This document shows positions 29,987 through 39,916 of a stretch of DNA of 64,000 nt, one piece after another. The DNA lies in IMG/VR virus record IMGVR_UViG_3300028591_000078, positions 160,001-224,000 of that record, one strand, 5' to 3'. The notes below the pieces were generated by a model. The model did not search any database, had not been told where the DNA came from, and was given only the letters and a program-made list of their open reading frames with translations. The stretch is from a virus. Taxonomy: Duplodnaviria; Caudoviricetes. Position 1 is the stretch's first letter; each line of letters opens with the position of its first letter. The position numbers and the translations under genes were made by a program.

Positions 29987-31072
29987 TTATCCTTGAGATT
30001 TATATTTGTCATCTATATACTCTTTTGCCGAATTGTATATATCTGTAAAAGAGTACTGGTGCATATAATAACTATAGCTTACTCCATCATTCATTATGGA
30101 TTCTCTCGAACAGCCTCTAAGTGATGTCATTCGATGTTTTGATTGTTGTTTAGACAACCTCTTGATTTCATCCCTGATGCTCTCAGCTTCGCACCTATGA
30201 AGCCATAAATATTGATCAAGAGCTTCTTGCTTTGCTTTCTGGGCTTTGTACTTTTCTTCCTGCTCTTTTTCAAAGAGCTCTCTTTCAGCCTTCTCAGAAA
30301 GCTTCTTGGTCGCTAAAGCATCTTTTAAAGATGCAAAGTTTTCTTCAGTAATACAATTACCAAAGAATTTATATATCTCTTCACATTCCTTTCTTTTAGC
30401 TTTCCAACCATCAGGGATTGGAAATGCAAAGTCCCAGAAACTTAAAGAGTAGACATACTTTTGTTTCATCTTCTTATACTCTTCACCATTATTAGCAAAG
30501 AGATATTCTAGATGTATTATGTCATTCCTACTCAGCATGCTGGTATCTTGTGGCATCTCTCCACGATCTAAACAATCACGGATTGCATTATTTTCCCGAA
30601 CTACTTTATCTTCGATGTAATTTAAATAATCTTTGTTAGAGTATTTCAGGGTAAATTTGAAATTATATGGAACTGTTATTGCTCCGATTCCGATAAGAGC
30701 AGTAATATACTCCAGAGTATTCAACTCCTCATCGATCGAGTTGAAATTATACGGAGTTTTATTATTATTGAAGTGATCAAGAACCTTCAATGTTTTTGGG
30801 AGTTCTTCGTTGCAGAATTCCTTTAGAGTGCCGCTATATCTAGCGGCCAACGGGAGTAGAAATGTGGCCTGGAGTATTTTCTTCTTAATACTATTTACAT
30901 CATTAGTATTAGACATATCTTGATCGCCTGTACGATATCTTCTCCACATTATATCGTAAAACTTATTGATCATGTATGTCAAATTTACATTTAGATCCAT
31001 GCAAGCTTCTATTAGTGTTATATCTCCCAATTTGGCTATGCATTTTTTTAGGTCTATACTTACAGTTTCCAT
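29987..31072 (-). CDS. hypothetical early protein
   Basis: AAGGAG RBS; early motif upstream. Confidence 0.65.
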   Translation of the reverse strand: METVSIDLKKCIAKLGDITLIEACMDLNVNLTYMINKFYDIMWRRYRTGDQDMSNTNDVNSIKKKILQATFLLPLAARYSGTLKEFCNEELPKTLKVLDHFNNNKTPYNFNSIDEELNTLEYITALIGIGAITVPYNFKFTLKYSNKDYLNYIEDKVVRENNAIRDCLDRGEMPQDTSMLSRNDIIHLEYLFANNGEEYKKMKQKYVYSLSFWDFAFPIPDGWKAKRKECEEIYKFFGNCITEENFASLKDALATKKLSEKAERELFEKEQEEKYKAQKAKQEALDQYLWLHRCEAESIRDEIKRLSKQQSKHRMTSLRGCSRESIMNDGVSYSYYMHQYSFTDIYNSAKEYIDDKYKSQG

Positions 31073-31208
31073 AGTATGACTTTACTCCTTTCGGTTTTGT
31101 AATATGAGTTGACAATCTCATATCCACCTATATATTATATAAATGAAAATATCGAGTTTAACTAATCTTAAAACTTACCAGTAATAATGGAAAGGGAGTC
31201 TTATACTT

Positions 31209-32372
31209 ATGAATTTTGGTATGAATCCGTTCATTCATATTGATGCAGAACCAGTAAAGAGAGGAACCTTAACAGAGGTTCATATTTCAGATATTCACTT
31301 TGGTGTATTTGATCCCAAGGTTCAATTTGATATATTATCAGAGCAATTCTTAGCAAAGATTGCTCCATTACATTTCGATGTAGTATCTGTAGATGGAGAT
31401 CTATTTGACCACAAGTTTTTATCAAATTCAGATGCAGTAATGTATGCAACTAAGTTTGTTGAAGCATTGGTGTGGTTATGTAGAGGCAATGGTGCTACTT
31501 TAGTATTACTCCATGGGACAGAGTCTCATGATGCTAGACAGTTAAAATTATTCTATCACTATCTTGGAACTCCAGGATTAGATATAAGAATAGTAGAAAC
31601 TGCAAGGTTTGAAGATATAAAAGGTATGAGAGTATTATGCTTACCCGAAGAATATGGAAAAGGTAAAGCATATTATCAGAGATTCTTATATGGGTCAGGA
31701 CTCTATGATACTGTGTTTATGCATGGTAATCTTAAAGGTGGATTATTTGGAGCAAATGAAGAAGATCTTGATGCAGTTAAGAATCCTACATTTGATATTA
31801 ATAGCTTTGGATTATGTACAGGTCCTATAATTGCAGGGCATGTACACATAGCAGGATGTTTTGATAAGTATATGTATTATAATGGATCTCCATATAGATG
31901 GAACTTTGGTGAAGAACAGCCTAAGGGATTCATGATAATACTTCATAATCTAGATACTGGTGAGCATTATGCTCACTTTGAAGAGATTACATCATTTAGA
32001 TATGATACAATCAATCTAGATAATATGGTGAACTCTGATCCTAAACAAGTAGTAGAATATATCAGACAATTACAAGCTTCTGGTATTGATAATATTCGTG
32101 TAGAGTTCACTATGGGTGAAGCTGAGTGGTTAGAGATAATCCAAAATTATTATAAAAATAACCCTACAATAAAGATCAAGGCAGACACTGCCTCAGTACG
32201 TGAACAAGCTAAACAGGAAATTGAGTTCGAGGAAAAATATAAACAGTATGAATATATACTTGATACAAGTTTATCTCCACAAGAGATACTCTGTAGGTAT
32301 ATAAATCAGAATAAGGGATATGTTTATATCACTGCCGAAGAACTTATTAAGATCTTGGAAGACGAGACCTGA
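31209..32372 (+). CDS. sbcD: SbcD/Mre11-like metallophosphoesterase nuclease
   Basis: SDIH, DGDLFD, HGTESHD, MHG, AGHVH and YNGSP motifs. Confidence 0.85.
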   Translation: MNFGMNPFIHIDAEPVKRGTLTEVHISDIHFGVFDPKVQFDILSEQFLAKIAPLHFDVVSVDGDLFDHKFLSNSDAVMYATKFVEALVWLCRGNGATLVLLHGTESHDARQLKLFYHYLGTPGLDIRIVETARFEDIKGMRVLCLPEEYGKGKAYYQRFLYGSGLYDTVFMHGNLKGGLFGANEEDLDAVKNPTFDINSFGLCTGPIIAGHVHIAGCFDKYMYYNGSPYRWNFGEEQPKGFMIILHNLDTGEHYAHFEEITSFRYDTINLDNMVNSDPKQVVEYIRQLQASGIDNIRVEFTMGEAEWLEIIQNYYKNNPTIKIKADTASVREQAKQEIEFEEKYKQYEYILDTSLSPQEILCRYINQNKGYVYITAEELIKILEDET

Positions 32373-32394
32373 AATCTTCCAAGATCTTTTGTGT

Positions 32395-32633
32395 GTGTTG
32401 ATAGCCTGATAAGCAGTTTCATTTTCATTAACCCATAAAGACAGCAGTCAAGCCTCCTGATCTTTTCAAGTTTCCTATATATTTTGCTAAGTTTAAAAGT
32501 TTAACACTTTACGCTTCTGATTTCTAAAGCGTATTGTGCTAGGGATTTTCATTCAGTTTTGCCCTGGCGGGCAATACGTTGGGGTCTTTAGCGTAAAAAA
32601 TAACCGTGGGAGAGATCCCACGGTTTTCTTTTT
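32395..32633 (+). ncRNA. candidate antisense/regulatory RNA (or degenerate cassette leader) complementary to tip-cassette leaders
   Basis: 24-nt exact complement to 38786-38809 and 47239-47262; further leader matches; nested G-U-containing stem at 32508-32598; terminator at 32602-32633. Confidence 0.5.
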
Positions 32634-32634
32634 T
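32595..32634. terminator. bidirectional intrinsic terminator
   Basis: aaccgtggga-gaga-tcccacggtt with A- and T-tracts. Confidence 0.8.
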
Positions 32635-32959
32635 ATGCTGGATATGTACCAGCATAAACATTTTGCATCATCTTGGTATTTTCGATCCTTATCAGATCGA
32701 GTAAGAATGCAAGCTGCTGTCTGAACCTGTATCCTCTGATTGTAAGAGGACTCGATAATTTCCAGAGCTCTCTATAATATCTAGAGTTCTGGATAGATGC
32801 TTTGTCTCGCATCCACTTTGTAAGCATATCAATATTCTCTATATTGATATACTTACAGAGTACAGGAAGAGTGTAATTTATGTAATCTTCCTGATTAGAC
32901 TTGGTGCCGATTCTCACCAAGTCATCAAATGCGTCAGCTAAGGCTTTTTCTTTAGTCAT
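32633..32959 (-). CDS. hypothetical early protein
   Basis: Start re-assigned to MTKEKA after AAGGAG; early motif near 32990. Confidence 0.65.
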   Translation of the reverse strand: MTKEKALADAFDDLVRIGTKSNQEDYINYTLPVLCKYINIENIDMLTKWMRDKASIQNSRYYRELWKLSSPLTIRGYRFRQQLAFLLDLIRIENTKMMQNVYAGTYPA

Positions 32960-33065
32960 TTTATCAACTCCTTTCATGACCACTATTATAATATATAATT
33001 GAAATCTTCTAGAGTTGCAAAAGACGTCCATGGCTATATTAGCCATGGACAATATATTGTATGTC

Positions 33066-33329
33066 TTAATTAACTACGTCAAAATACTCTGAAATCAGAT
33101 CGAAGTTAAAATACTCCAGATCAGCATTCAGAATAACTTCACATATATCTCCTTTTCGGAGAACTAAAGAAAGAAGTCCTAAGAGACTTTTGGCATTGCA
33201 AGTTCTAGACTCGCCCTGTTTTTTGAGATATATTGCAGATCCATTCGGCACTTTGTTGAATGCACTGCATACTTCAGAAGCACATCGACGTGTTATATCT
33301 ACTTTGCAAATAAGTGTCTTTGTTATCAA
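33066..33329 (-). CDS. HPr/Crh-like phosphocarrier-fold protein
   Basis: CNAKSLLGLLSL (HPr Ser46 region) and KGD motif; HPr-like size; lacks His15. Confidence 0.7.
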   Translation of the reverse strand: MITKTLICKVDITRRCASEVCSAFNKVPNGSAIYLKKQGESRTCNAKSLLGLLSLVLRKGDICEVILNADLEYFNFDLISEYFDVVN

Positions 33330-33479
33330 ATCTTATCTCTCCTTTCTTATTGTTATGTTATGTTATTACGTGTTATCTATTATTCATAATTCTACCAATT
33401 TAGATCGAATTATGAATGGAAAGTATTGAAAATAATCATTATATAAACAGTATAGTACAGGAAAATCTAAGTGTAAAGG

Positions 33480-35273
33480 ATGGTACTGTTTGATATGGAA
33501 ATATCAGTGAGGGAGAAATATAAAAGTAATAAAACTCCGACTAAAAATAAGCCAAAGTCGGATGTAGATTTCTCATTGTTTATGCTTCAAACTATCTGTG
33601 ATTATACAGTTAGTGAGAATAGAAATATAAGAAAAAGTCAATTGATGTCTCTGAGAAAGCTTATGGGTATATTAGATATACCTGGAAAATATATGCAAGA
33701 TGCTCAGAGAATGGATAAGATAGATTTCATCAATAAAGCTTTAACAGCTAGAATTGATTTAAATCTTAAAGATAGAAATATGATATTAACGTATGTATTG
33801 GGTTCTAGTGTAGATCCTAATACATATGGGCCAGATAAACTGGATAATGACTCATTGAATTGGGTTAATGACACAGTTACCGAGGCACTTAAAGATAGTT
33901 TCATATGTGAGGACATAGATGTCCTTGCAGGAATATTAGACGAGTTCAAATCGACCGAATATAAAGATAGAGGTCCGGTTGTAAAGAGACTTGAAGCTGC
34001 GATTGTAGATATGAACAATAAGTTCAGAAATGCAAGAGTAGAAAGAACAAGTGAGTCTATATTCAGTTTACGAGAAGGAGTCTTTGAAGATTGTGTAAAA
34101 GACTTCCATGATCAATTAATGAATCCTGCCAATAAGTTAATGACTGGAATGGTAGGATTGAATGAGATGCTTGCAGGTGGATTTGAGTCAGGAAGAACTT
34201 ATATGCTATTCGGCCTTCCTGGTGAGGGTAAGTCTACAAGTATGCTTGATATAGCATATCAGATTAAGAAATATAACAGAAACTTCAAGACAAAGGATCC
34301 GACTAAGATACCTTGTGTAGTATTATTAACAATGGAAAACTCTCCAAGAGAGAGTTTTGAAAGATTGTTTAATATGGCAGGTAGTACTGATGATATAATC
34401 AACTACTCTGCAGATGAAGTAATACAGTTATTGAGAACGAATGGTGAATTATATCTGTCAGATGATAACCCGATAGATATAATAATCAAATATGTTCCAG
34501 GTAATAGTGTAGATACAAGTTATCTGTATACATTAACTGAAGATCTCGAAGATGAGGGATATGAAGTTATATGTATGATACAAGATTATGTAAAGAAGAT
34601 TAACTCAACTAACTTTCATTCATCTCAGGAAGTTAGACTTGAGTTAGGAGCAGTGGTAAATGAGTTTAAGTCATTTGCAATTGCAAAAGATATTCCGATC
34701 ATATCTGCATCTCAGTTGAATAGAGATGCCACTAAGCATATAGATGAGGGTAGAAAATCTACTAAAGCTGATCTTGTTAGACTTCTTGGAAGGTCTAATA
34801 TAGGTGAGTCAATGTTAATGCTTGAAAATATAGATGCGGCATTTATGATAGCGCCAGAATGGACTGAGAATAATACTCATAAATATCTTGGTATTCAGAG
34901 TATTAAAGCTCGTTATAAGACATCTGGTAGACAGTATATCTATCAGCCATATGTACCTGGTAATTCAATCAAGTTGGTTGAAGATCTTTATATGGCAGAG
35001 CCTGCATTCAAGGATTCTCTTGCTGTAGCAGCAAAGATGAATGTTGGAACAGTTGCAGGTATAGCAAGTAAGAGTGGATATATGATCAATGATATTACTG
35101 ATCTTGGAACTCAGAAGCTTGGTAAGACTACTAATATATTTGAGTCTAGCAATGCAATTACTATTGCAGACTTTGATGATGAAGAAGATGATGAGATTGA
35201 GATGAGAGTAAGGCCTTATTATAATCCTTATATGGAAAGAGAAATTATCAATCCATTCATCCATGTAGCATAA
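33480..35273 (+). CDS. dnaB: DnaB-like replicative helicase
   Basis: Walker A GLPGEGKS, LTMEN, IQDY and ASQLNR motifs. Confidence 0.9.
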   Translation: MVLFDMEISVREKYKSNKTPTKNKPKSDVDFSLFMLQTICDYTVSENRNIRKSQLMSLRKLMGILDIPGKYMQDAQRMDKIDFINKALTARIDLNLKDRNMILTYVLGSSVDPNTYGPDKLDNDSLNWVNDTVTEALKDSFICEDIDVLAGILDEFKSTEYKDRGPVVKRLEAAIVDMNNKFRNARVERTSESIFSLREGVFEDCVKDFHDQLMNPANKLMTGMVGLNEMLAGGFESGRTYMLFGLPGEGKSTSMLDIAYQIKKYNRNFKTKDPTKIPCVVLLTMENSPRESFERLFNMAGSTDDIINYSADEVIQLLRTNGELYLSDDNPIDIIIKYVPGNSVDTSYLYTLTEDLEDEGYEVICMIQDYVKKINSTNFHSSQEVRLELGAVVNEFKSFAIAKDIPIISASQLNRDATKHIDEGRKSTKADLVRLLGRSNIGESMLMLENIDAAFMIAPEWTENNTHKYLGIQSIKARYKTSGRQYIYQPYVPGNSIKLVEDLYMAEPAFKDSLAVAAKMNVGTVAGIASKSGYMINDITDLGTQKLGKTTNIFESSNAITIADFDDEEDDEIEMRVRPYYNPYMEREIINPFIHVA

Positions 35274-35297
35274 AAAGTAACCTCTAGGCATTATAGC

Positions 35298-35720
35298 CTA
35301 GAGGTTATTCTCTGTTTTGTCGTTATATTGTGCTAAGAAGTCCATCTCACTACTGTAGATAAGGCCTAAGAGATCACTCATATCTTTTTTAGAAAGCATT
35401 TTGATTCTCTTTATATCAAACTCTTTCACAGAACACATATTATTTAGCATAAGTATAACGAAATATAATTCAGCATTACCGTATATATCTACAGCAAGGA
35501 GTTTAGGCTTATACTTATACTTCCAGAACTCCTGATCATTAAGCACCACTGTAGTAGATTTGCCTAATAATTCAAATAGGTAATCACTGACTACATTATA
35601 TATCGGAATCTTTATATCACCAGTTTCATCCAGCATACTTAAATTAGCATAAGATATAGTAACAGCACTACCAGCTTCGATAAACTGTTCCAAAGTAGAA
35701 GTACTTTTAAGACTTGCCAT
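35298..35720 (-). CDS. baseplate wedge-like protein (T4 gp53/LysM-like)
   Basis: PKLLAVDIYGNAELYFVILMLN motif. Confidence 0.55.
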   Translation of the reverse strand: MASLKSTSTLEQFIEAGSAVTISYANLSMLDETGDIKIPIYNVVSDYLFELLGKSTTVVLNDQEFWKYKYKPKLLAVDIYGNAELYFVILMLNNMCSVKEFDIKRIKMLSKKDMSDLLGLIYSSEMDFLAQYNDKTENNL

Positions 35721-36069
35721 GATTCTGATACCTCCCCACTATAATAGGCTTGGTGACATCTCCACCAATAAACTCTACTATCCAGAGTGTTCCAGCAGGA
35801 ATATATTTCTCTGGATAAGTAAGTGCTACATATTTAGGAAATGGTATAAAGAGTAGTCCATTATCACCATAGGAGTTTACCACAACTTCAGAAGGCTTCT
35901 GATTCTTAAGAGGTGTTTTAGAGATAGCAGGATCTCTAGATACATCAGGAGCATCAGACTGATAAGGAGATAAATTTGGTACATAGAATGGATGTATATA
36001 TGAATGATACTTGTTTACCATTACAACAAGTTCAGCAACTTCAACAAATTCGTGTCTACCTTGAGACAT
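35707..36069 (-). CDS. putative baseplate hub/spike OB-fold protein
   Basis: PAGTLWIVEFIGGDVTKPIIVG resembles the gp5/gpV N-terminal OB motif. Confidence 0.45.
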   Translation of the reverse strand: MSQGRHEFVEVAELVVMVNKYHSYIHPFYVPNLSPYQSDAPDVSRDPAISKTPLKNQKPSEVVVNSYGDNGLLFIPFPKYVALTYPEKYIPAGTLWIVEFIGGDVTKPIIVGRYQNHGKS

Positions 36070-36142
36070 TAATAATCACATCCTTGGAAACATAAATTTA
36101 ATAAATAGTTAAACCTATCTAAAATGATAGGTTGGAAAGGGT

Positions 36143-36424
36143 GTGCTTTTTATGGTAGAAATAAATACAGCGCCGACATTTGATCAAGCGTGCGAAATTA
36201 TAAAAAATTGCAATGAGGAAAGTTTAAAAGATATCAAGAAAGATATTATAAAGGTAGAAATGGATAGAATGCTGACATTTGATCAAGCATGCAGTAAAGC
36301 ACGTTGTACAGAAGAAGAATTAAAGAATCTTATAGAATCTGGAAGAATAAGACCGTTCTTAACAGATGGATATTATTTAATATCAGAATGGGGTTTAGAG
36401 CAGTGTTGTGATAAACTCTTTTAG
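36143..36424 (+). CDS. excisionase-like HTH DNA-binding protein
   Basis: MLTFDQAC..LIESGRI..YLIS pattern; TFDQAC duplicated. Confidence 0.55.
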   Translation: MLFMVEINTAPTFDQACEIIKNCNEESLKDIKKDIIKVEMDRMLTFDQACSKARCTEEELKNLIESGRIRPFLTDGYYLISEWGLEQCCDKLF

Positions 36425-36439
36425 GAGATTGGAGAGTTA

Positions 36440-36907
36440 ATGATGAGTAATAGTACAGATTTTGCAATCAAGATGATGCAAGAAATCGGACTTGAATTAG
36501 GTCCGAATAATTATGTAGTAGATCAGGATACTGGAGATGCTCTTATGTTTAAGGGCAAGAGAACCAGATTTATAACAGATCCTACAGATATGCAGTATAG
36601 ACGGGATGATGTACCATTCGACCCATTAAATAATAATAATATGATGAGTAATCTCTTCCAATACTATGCAACTAAACTCGAAGAGCAAGATGATAGATAT
36701 ATCTCTGTAGTATATCAGTCTTCTCAAGAGAGGTTTGAGAAAGGTACTGTAAGTTGTAGAGAGGGTAATGATACTATACAGTCAGATGAATACTATAAAG
36801 ACTCTCTTAAGTATGGTAGTCTGATCTGTAAGCTTAATGGTGGAAATGAAAGATTTGATGAGTTTGATGCTCCACCGATAGTTAAAAAACGAGGAAAGAA
36901 GAAATAA
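36440..36907 (+). CDS. hypothetical protein
   Basis: ORF with RBS in operon. Confidence 0.7.
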   Translation: MMSNSTDFAIKMMQEIGLELGPNNYVVDQDTGDALMFKGKRTRFITDPTDMQYRRDDVPFDPLNNNNMMSNLFQYYATKLEEQDDRYISVVYQSSQERFEKGTVSCREGNDTIQSDEYYKDSLKYGSLICKLNGGNERFDEFDAPPIVKKRGKKK

Positions 36908-36908
36908 T

Positions 36909-38111
36909 ATGGGTATCATATTAAACCCTGGACAAAAATATATAGTACAAGAAGCTAAGAAATGGTATCGTAGTGCTAATGAACAAGTCTTTCAGATACA
37001 AGGACCACCTGGAACTGGAAAGAGTGTTACATTAAATGCTATCATTGATGAGCTTAAATTAAATAGAGATCGTGTAGCCCCAATGTCATTCATTGGGGCT
37101 GCAGCAATTAATATGAGAGTAAAAGGTTTCTATAATGCTAAGACTATTCATTCATGGTTATATTGGCCTGTAGAAGAAGTCATGTTAGACGAAAATGGTA
37201 AACCTATAATAGATTCATACTTTAATAAGCCTAAGAAACATTTAGTCTTTGAACCTAAGCCTTTAGGAGATATAGATCTAATGGTTATAGATGAGGCTTA
37301 TGCTACTCCATTATCTCTTAAAAAAGATATAGAATGTAGGAATAAGCTTATATTAGCTGCAGGTGATAAAGATCAGTTATCCCCAGTGAAAGATGCTCCA
37401 GCATATCTTGTAGATGGTAGAATATACTATCTAGATGAGATAATGAGACAAGAAGAAGGATCTGCTATCATATATCTATCTCAGAGGATTAAACAAGGAT
37501 TACCAATACATTCCGGATACTATGGTAATGTATTAGTAATAGAGAATGAAGAGTTGAATGATGATATAATCTCACGAGCAGAAGTAATAATCTGTGGTAG
37601 AAATGAAACTAGGGATATGATGAATCATCATATACGACAAGATATTCTAAGAAAGACTTCTAGAGTACCAGAGTATGGTGAACGAATGGTATGTAGAAAG
37701 AATAATTTCCATCTAGAAGTAGATGGAATATCTTTGGCAAATGGATTAATGGGTAAAGTAACTTCCCATGTAGATCCAAGTACTTTCAATGGTAAGACTT
37801 ACACAATAGATTTCCAGCCAGATTTAATGGGTAGACCATTTCAAAGAGTACAATGTGATTATAATTATCTCTTAGCAAATAATGATCAACGACAAAAATT
37901 AAAGTTAGATAGGTTTTCACGAGGAGAGAAGTTTGAGTATGCTTATGCTATTACATCTCATATCTCTCAAGGAAGTGAATGGGATAAAGGTGTATATCTT
38001 GAAGAGCATTTAAATCCTAGCATGGATGCAAGGTTAGCATATGTAGGACTGACTCGTTTCAGAAAGTCTTGTATCTTTGTCAAGGCTAAACGTAGAAAAT
38101 ACTATATCTAA
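36909..38111 (+). CDS. Dda/RecD-like SF1B DNA helicase
   Basis: GPPGTGKS, IDEA, GDKDQL, IMRQ, YAITSHISQGSE and YVGLTR motifs. Confidence 0.9.
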   Translation: MGIILNPGQKYIVQEAKKWYRSANEQVFQIQGPPGTGKSVTLNAIIDELKLNRDRVAPMSFIGAAAINMRVKGFYNAKTIHSWLYWPVEEVMLDENGKPIIDSYFNKPKKHLVFEPKPLGDIDLMVIDEAYATPLSLKKDIECRNKLILAAGDKDQLSPVKDAPAYLVDGRIYYLDEIMRQEEGSAIIYLSQRIKQGLPIHSGYYGNVLVIENEELNDDIISRAEVIICGRNETRDMMNHHIRQDILRKTSRVPEYGERMVCRKNNFHLEVDGISLANGLMGKVTSHVDPSTFNGKTYTIDFQPDLMGRPFQRVQCDYNYLLANNDQRQKLKLDRFSRGEKFEYAYAITSHISQGSEWDKGVYLEEHLNPSMDARLAYVGLTRFRKSCIFVKAKRRKYYI

Positions 38112-38150
38112 CTTTATAGTAAAATAATTCTATAAGGAGGAATTTTTATC

Positions 38151-38606
38151 ATGGCCGAGGAAACAAAACCCGTGGTTGATATTAAGTCTTTTATACAGTT
38201 TGTAGATGGGACTGTTCTCAGAACACTTGCTGTATACAGTTATAAAGAATGGTTCAGCGGAGCAAATAGAGACGTATTTGAGATCCGTATGCCTGAAGAG
38301 GAAACCTCTTTTGAACAGATAAGGCAGATCGTCGACAAGGAGAACAATACTCAGCTTCTCATACTTATTGAAAGACATTATGATGAAGATGTAACTATCG
38401 TCAAGGAAAATAAGTTCCAGCATGGCTTCTATACACTGGTAATTGATAGTGGTATCAAATATATAGAAGACTTCGGTGAGTGCTTTGTTCTCAAGCTTGC
38501 TCAGATGACAAAGGAAGAACAGCAGGAATGGCTTACAGCTCTTGATATCGATGAACAGGGCGCTGCTATAGTAGAACTTGCTGACATCATTGCTAATATG
38601 CAGTAA
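38151..38606 (+). CDS. putative tail fibre chaperone, paralog of 1452..1958
   Basis: FxDGTxL, R[ED]V and C-terminal AIVELA motif shared; late promoter at 38110-38121. Confidence 0.55.
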   Translation: MAEETKPVVDIKSFIQFVDGTVLRTLAVYSYKEWFSGANRDVFEIRMPEEETSFEQIRQIVDKENNTQLLILIERHYDEDVTIVKENKFQHGFYTLVIDSGIKYIEDFGECFVLKLAQMTKEEQQEWLTALDIDEQGAAIVELADIIANMQ

Positions 38607-38610
38607 AACA

Positions 38611-38640
38611 ATAGTCCTAGGGAATTATCCCTAGGACTAT
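38611..38640. terminator. hairpin terminator (CCTAGG family)
   Basis: atagtcctaggga-atta-tccctaggactat. Confidence 0.7.
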
Positions 38641-38670
38641 ATTTTATATACCTATATTAAGGCAATATAT

Positions 38671-38756
38671 GACTGTGCTCGAAAATGAGCACAGTCTTTT
38701 AAATTATTTTCTACAACCTATATAACTTAAGTGTTTTACACTTAAGTTATATAGGT
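38671..38756 (+). promoter_or_regulatory. type-A cassette leader: 10-bp hairpin plus 19-bp palindrome with GTTTTAC centre
   Basis: gactgtgctc/gagcacagtc and acctatataacttaagtgt-ttt-acacttaagttatataggt. Confidence 0.75.
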
Positions 38757-38784
38757 GTAAAATTTTCGAAAGAAGGTTTGATAT

Positions 38785-39513
38785 ATGTCTTTATGGGTTA
38801 ATGAAAATGGAGTAATGAAAGAGATTACTGATGTAAATAAAAGCAATGCTATAAATATAGTAAAACTTGGAATAGATGATCTTGATGTAACTGCTGATCA
38901 GGTAAAAAACTATATTATAAATTGGACTGGTTGGAATAAGGCAGCTTTTAATGATGAATATAAAGGTGAATTACTAATTCCTATAAAAACGGTTAATATT
39001 GGATGTGCCCCTGAGCTTATAGGAATTAATTATACAAGAGAATATTTTTATCAAGATGATATAGATGATAGTAATGATTATTCAAGTTATGACCTTTTTA
39101 TATTATCTAATACAACAACTACGGTAACAAAAACAACTATAGAAAGAATCGGATATAGCTATGTAGAAAGAGGAGATTTTGGAATCTCTGTAGATCTTAA
39201 TATATTACGTCAAGGAAAGTATGCTAATCTTAAAGCAGAATATTCTTATAGCATGCCTTTTACAACAGAAACTAATCAGGTTTCTACAACACGCAATGGT
39301 CGAACTATTACATATAGACCGGTAATGACACCTATGAAGTGCGTTGTAATGCATTTATCTGGATCAAATCTTATATTCTATCAGTCAGCAAATATTTATT
39401 CATATGGCGGAGAACATGAAACTACTTCTGCACTTAGAAATAATCTTAGAGTTCAAGCTAGTTCGACTGGTGGTAAAGGTATAGCAATGTACACTATACC
39501 TATATTACATTAA
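38785..39513 (+). CDS. variable tip cassette protein 1 (putative receptor-binding adhesin)
   Basis: MSLWVNENG N-terminus; body related to 46283..46972. Confidence 0.7.
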   Translation: MSLWVNENGVMKEITDVNKSNAINIVKLGIDDLDVTADQVKNYIINWTGWNKAAFNDEYKGELLIPIKTVNIGCAPELIGINYTREYFYQDDIDDSNDYSSYDLFILSNTTTTVTKTTIERIGYSYVERGDFGISVDLNILRQGKYANLKAEYSYSMPFTTETNQVSTTRNGRTITYRPVMTPMKCVVMHLSGSNLIFYQSANIYSYGGEHETTSALRNNLRVQASSTGGKGIAMYTIPILH

Positions 39514-39602
39514 GTAAATATTTCCAATTAATCTATGTATAACTTTATAATACTCTTGTACATATAGTCTTAGATGACTATATGTATAGGAGGTTATTAT
39601 AT

Positions 39603-39875
39603 ATGTCTAATAATAAGCAACCATTTTTATTTGACATAGATTCTGGAAATATTGGGGTAGGAGAAGATACTCCAATTATACAATTTAAGCATCCACCAAA
39701 GATTGTAGTATTATATCTATATGATACAAGAAGTATTTATAATCCTATGAAAGTTATAACTCTTCATCAAGATACTTCTAAACACATCTTTGGTACTAAC
39801 TATGTAGAACTACAAGGAAAATATCTAATATTTAATATGAGTACCGATGGTTTCTCATGGCTAGCATTTTTCTAA
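39603..39875 (+). CDS. tip-like domain lacking the conserved N-terminal peptide
   Basis: PKIVVLY similar to PKFxxxFY/PKAFVVAY of cassettes; own plain late promoter at 39541-39552. Confidence 0.5.
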   Translation: MSNNKQPFLFDIDSGNIGVGEDTPIIQFKHPPKIVVLYLYDTRSIYNPMKVITLHQDTSKHIFGTNYVELQGKYLIFNMSTDGFSWLAFF

Positions 39876-39879
39876 AACT

Positions 39880-39909
39880 AATCCCTAGGGTATTAATACC
39901 CTAGGGATT
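39880..39909. terminator. perfect 30-bp palindrome / bidirectional terminator
   Basis: aatccctagggtatt-aataccctagggatt. Confidence 0.75.
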
Positions 39910-39916
39910 TATTGTT

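Noticed and set aside
32536-32724. 62-aa ORF and a possible c-di-GMP-I riboswitch (GGGCAAA on the minus strand)
   Set aside because: The ORF has no RBS and crosses a terminator; the riboswitch P2/P3 and GNRA/receptor elements are absent
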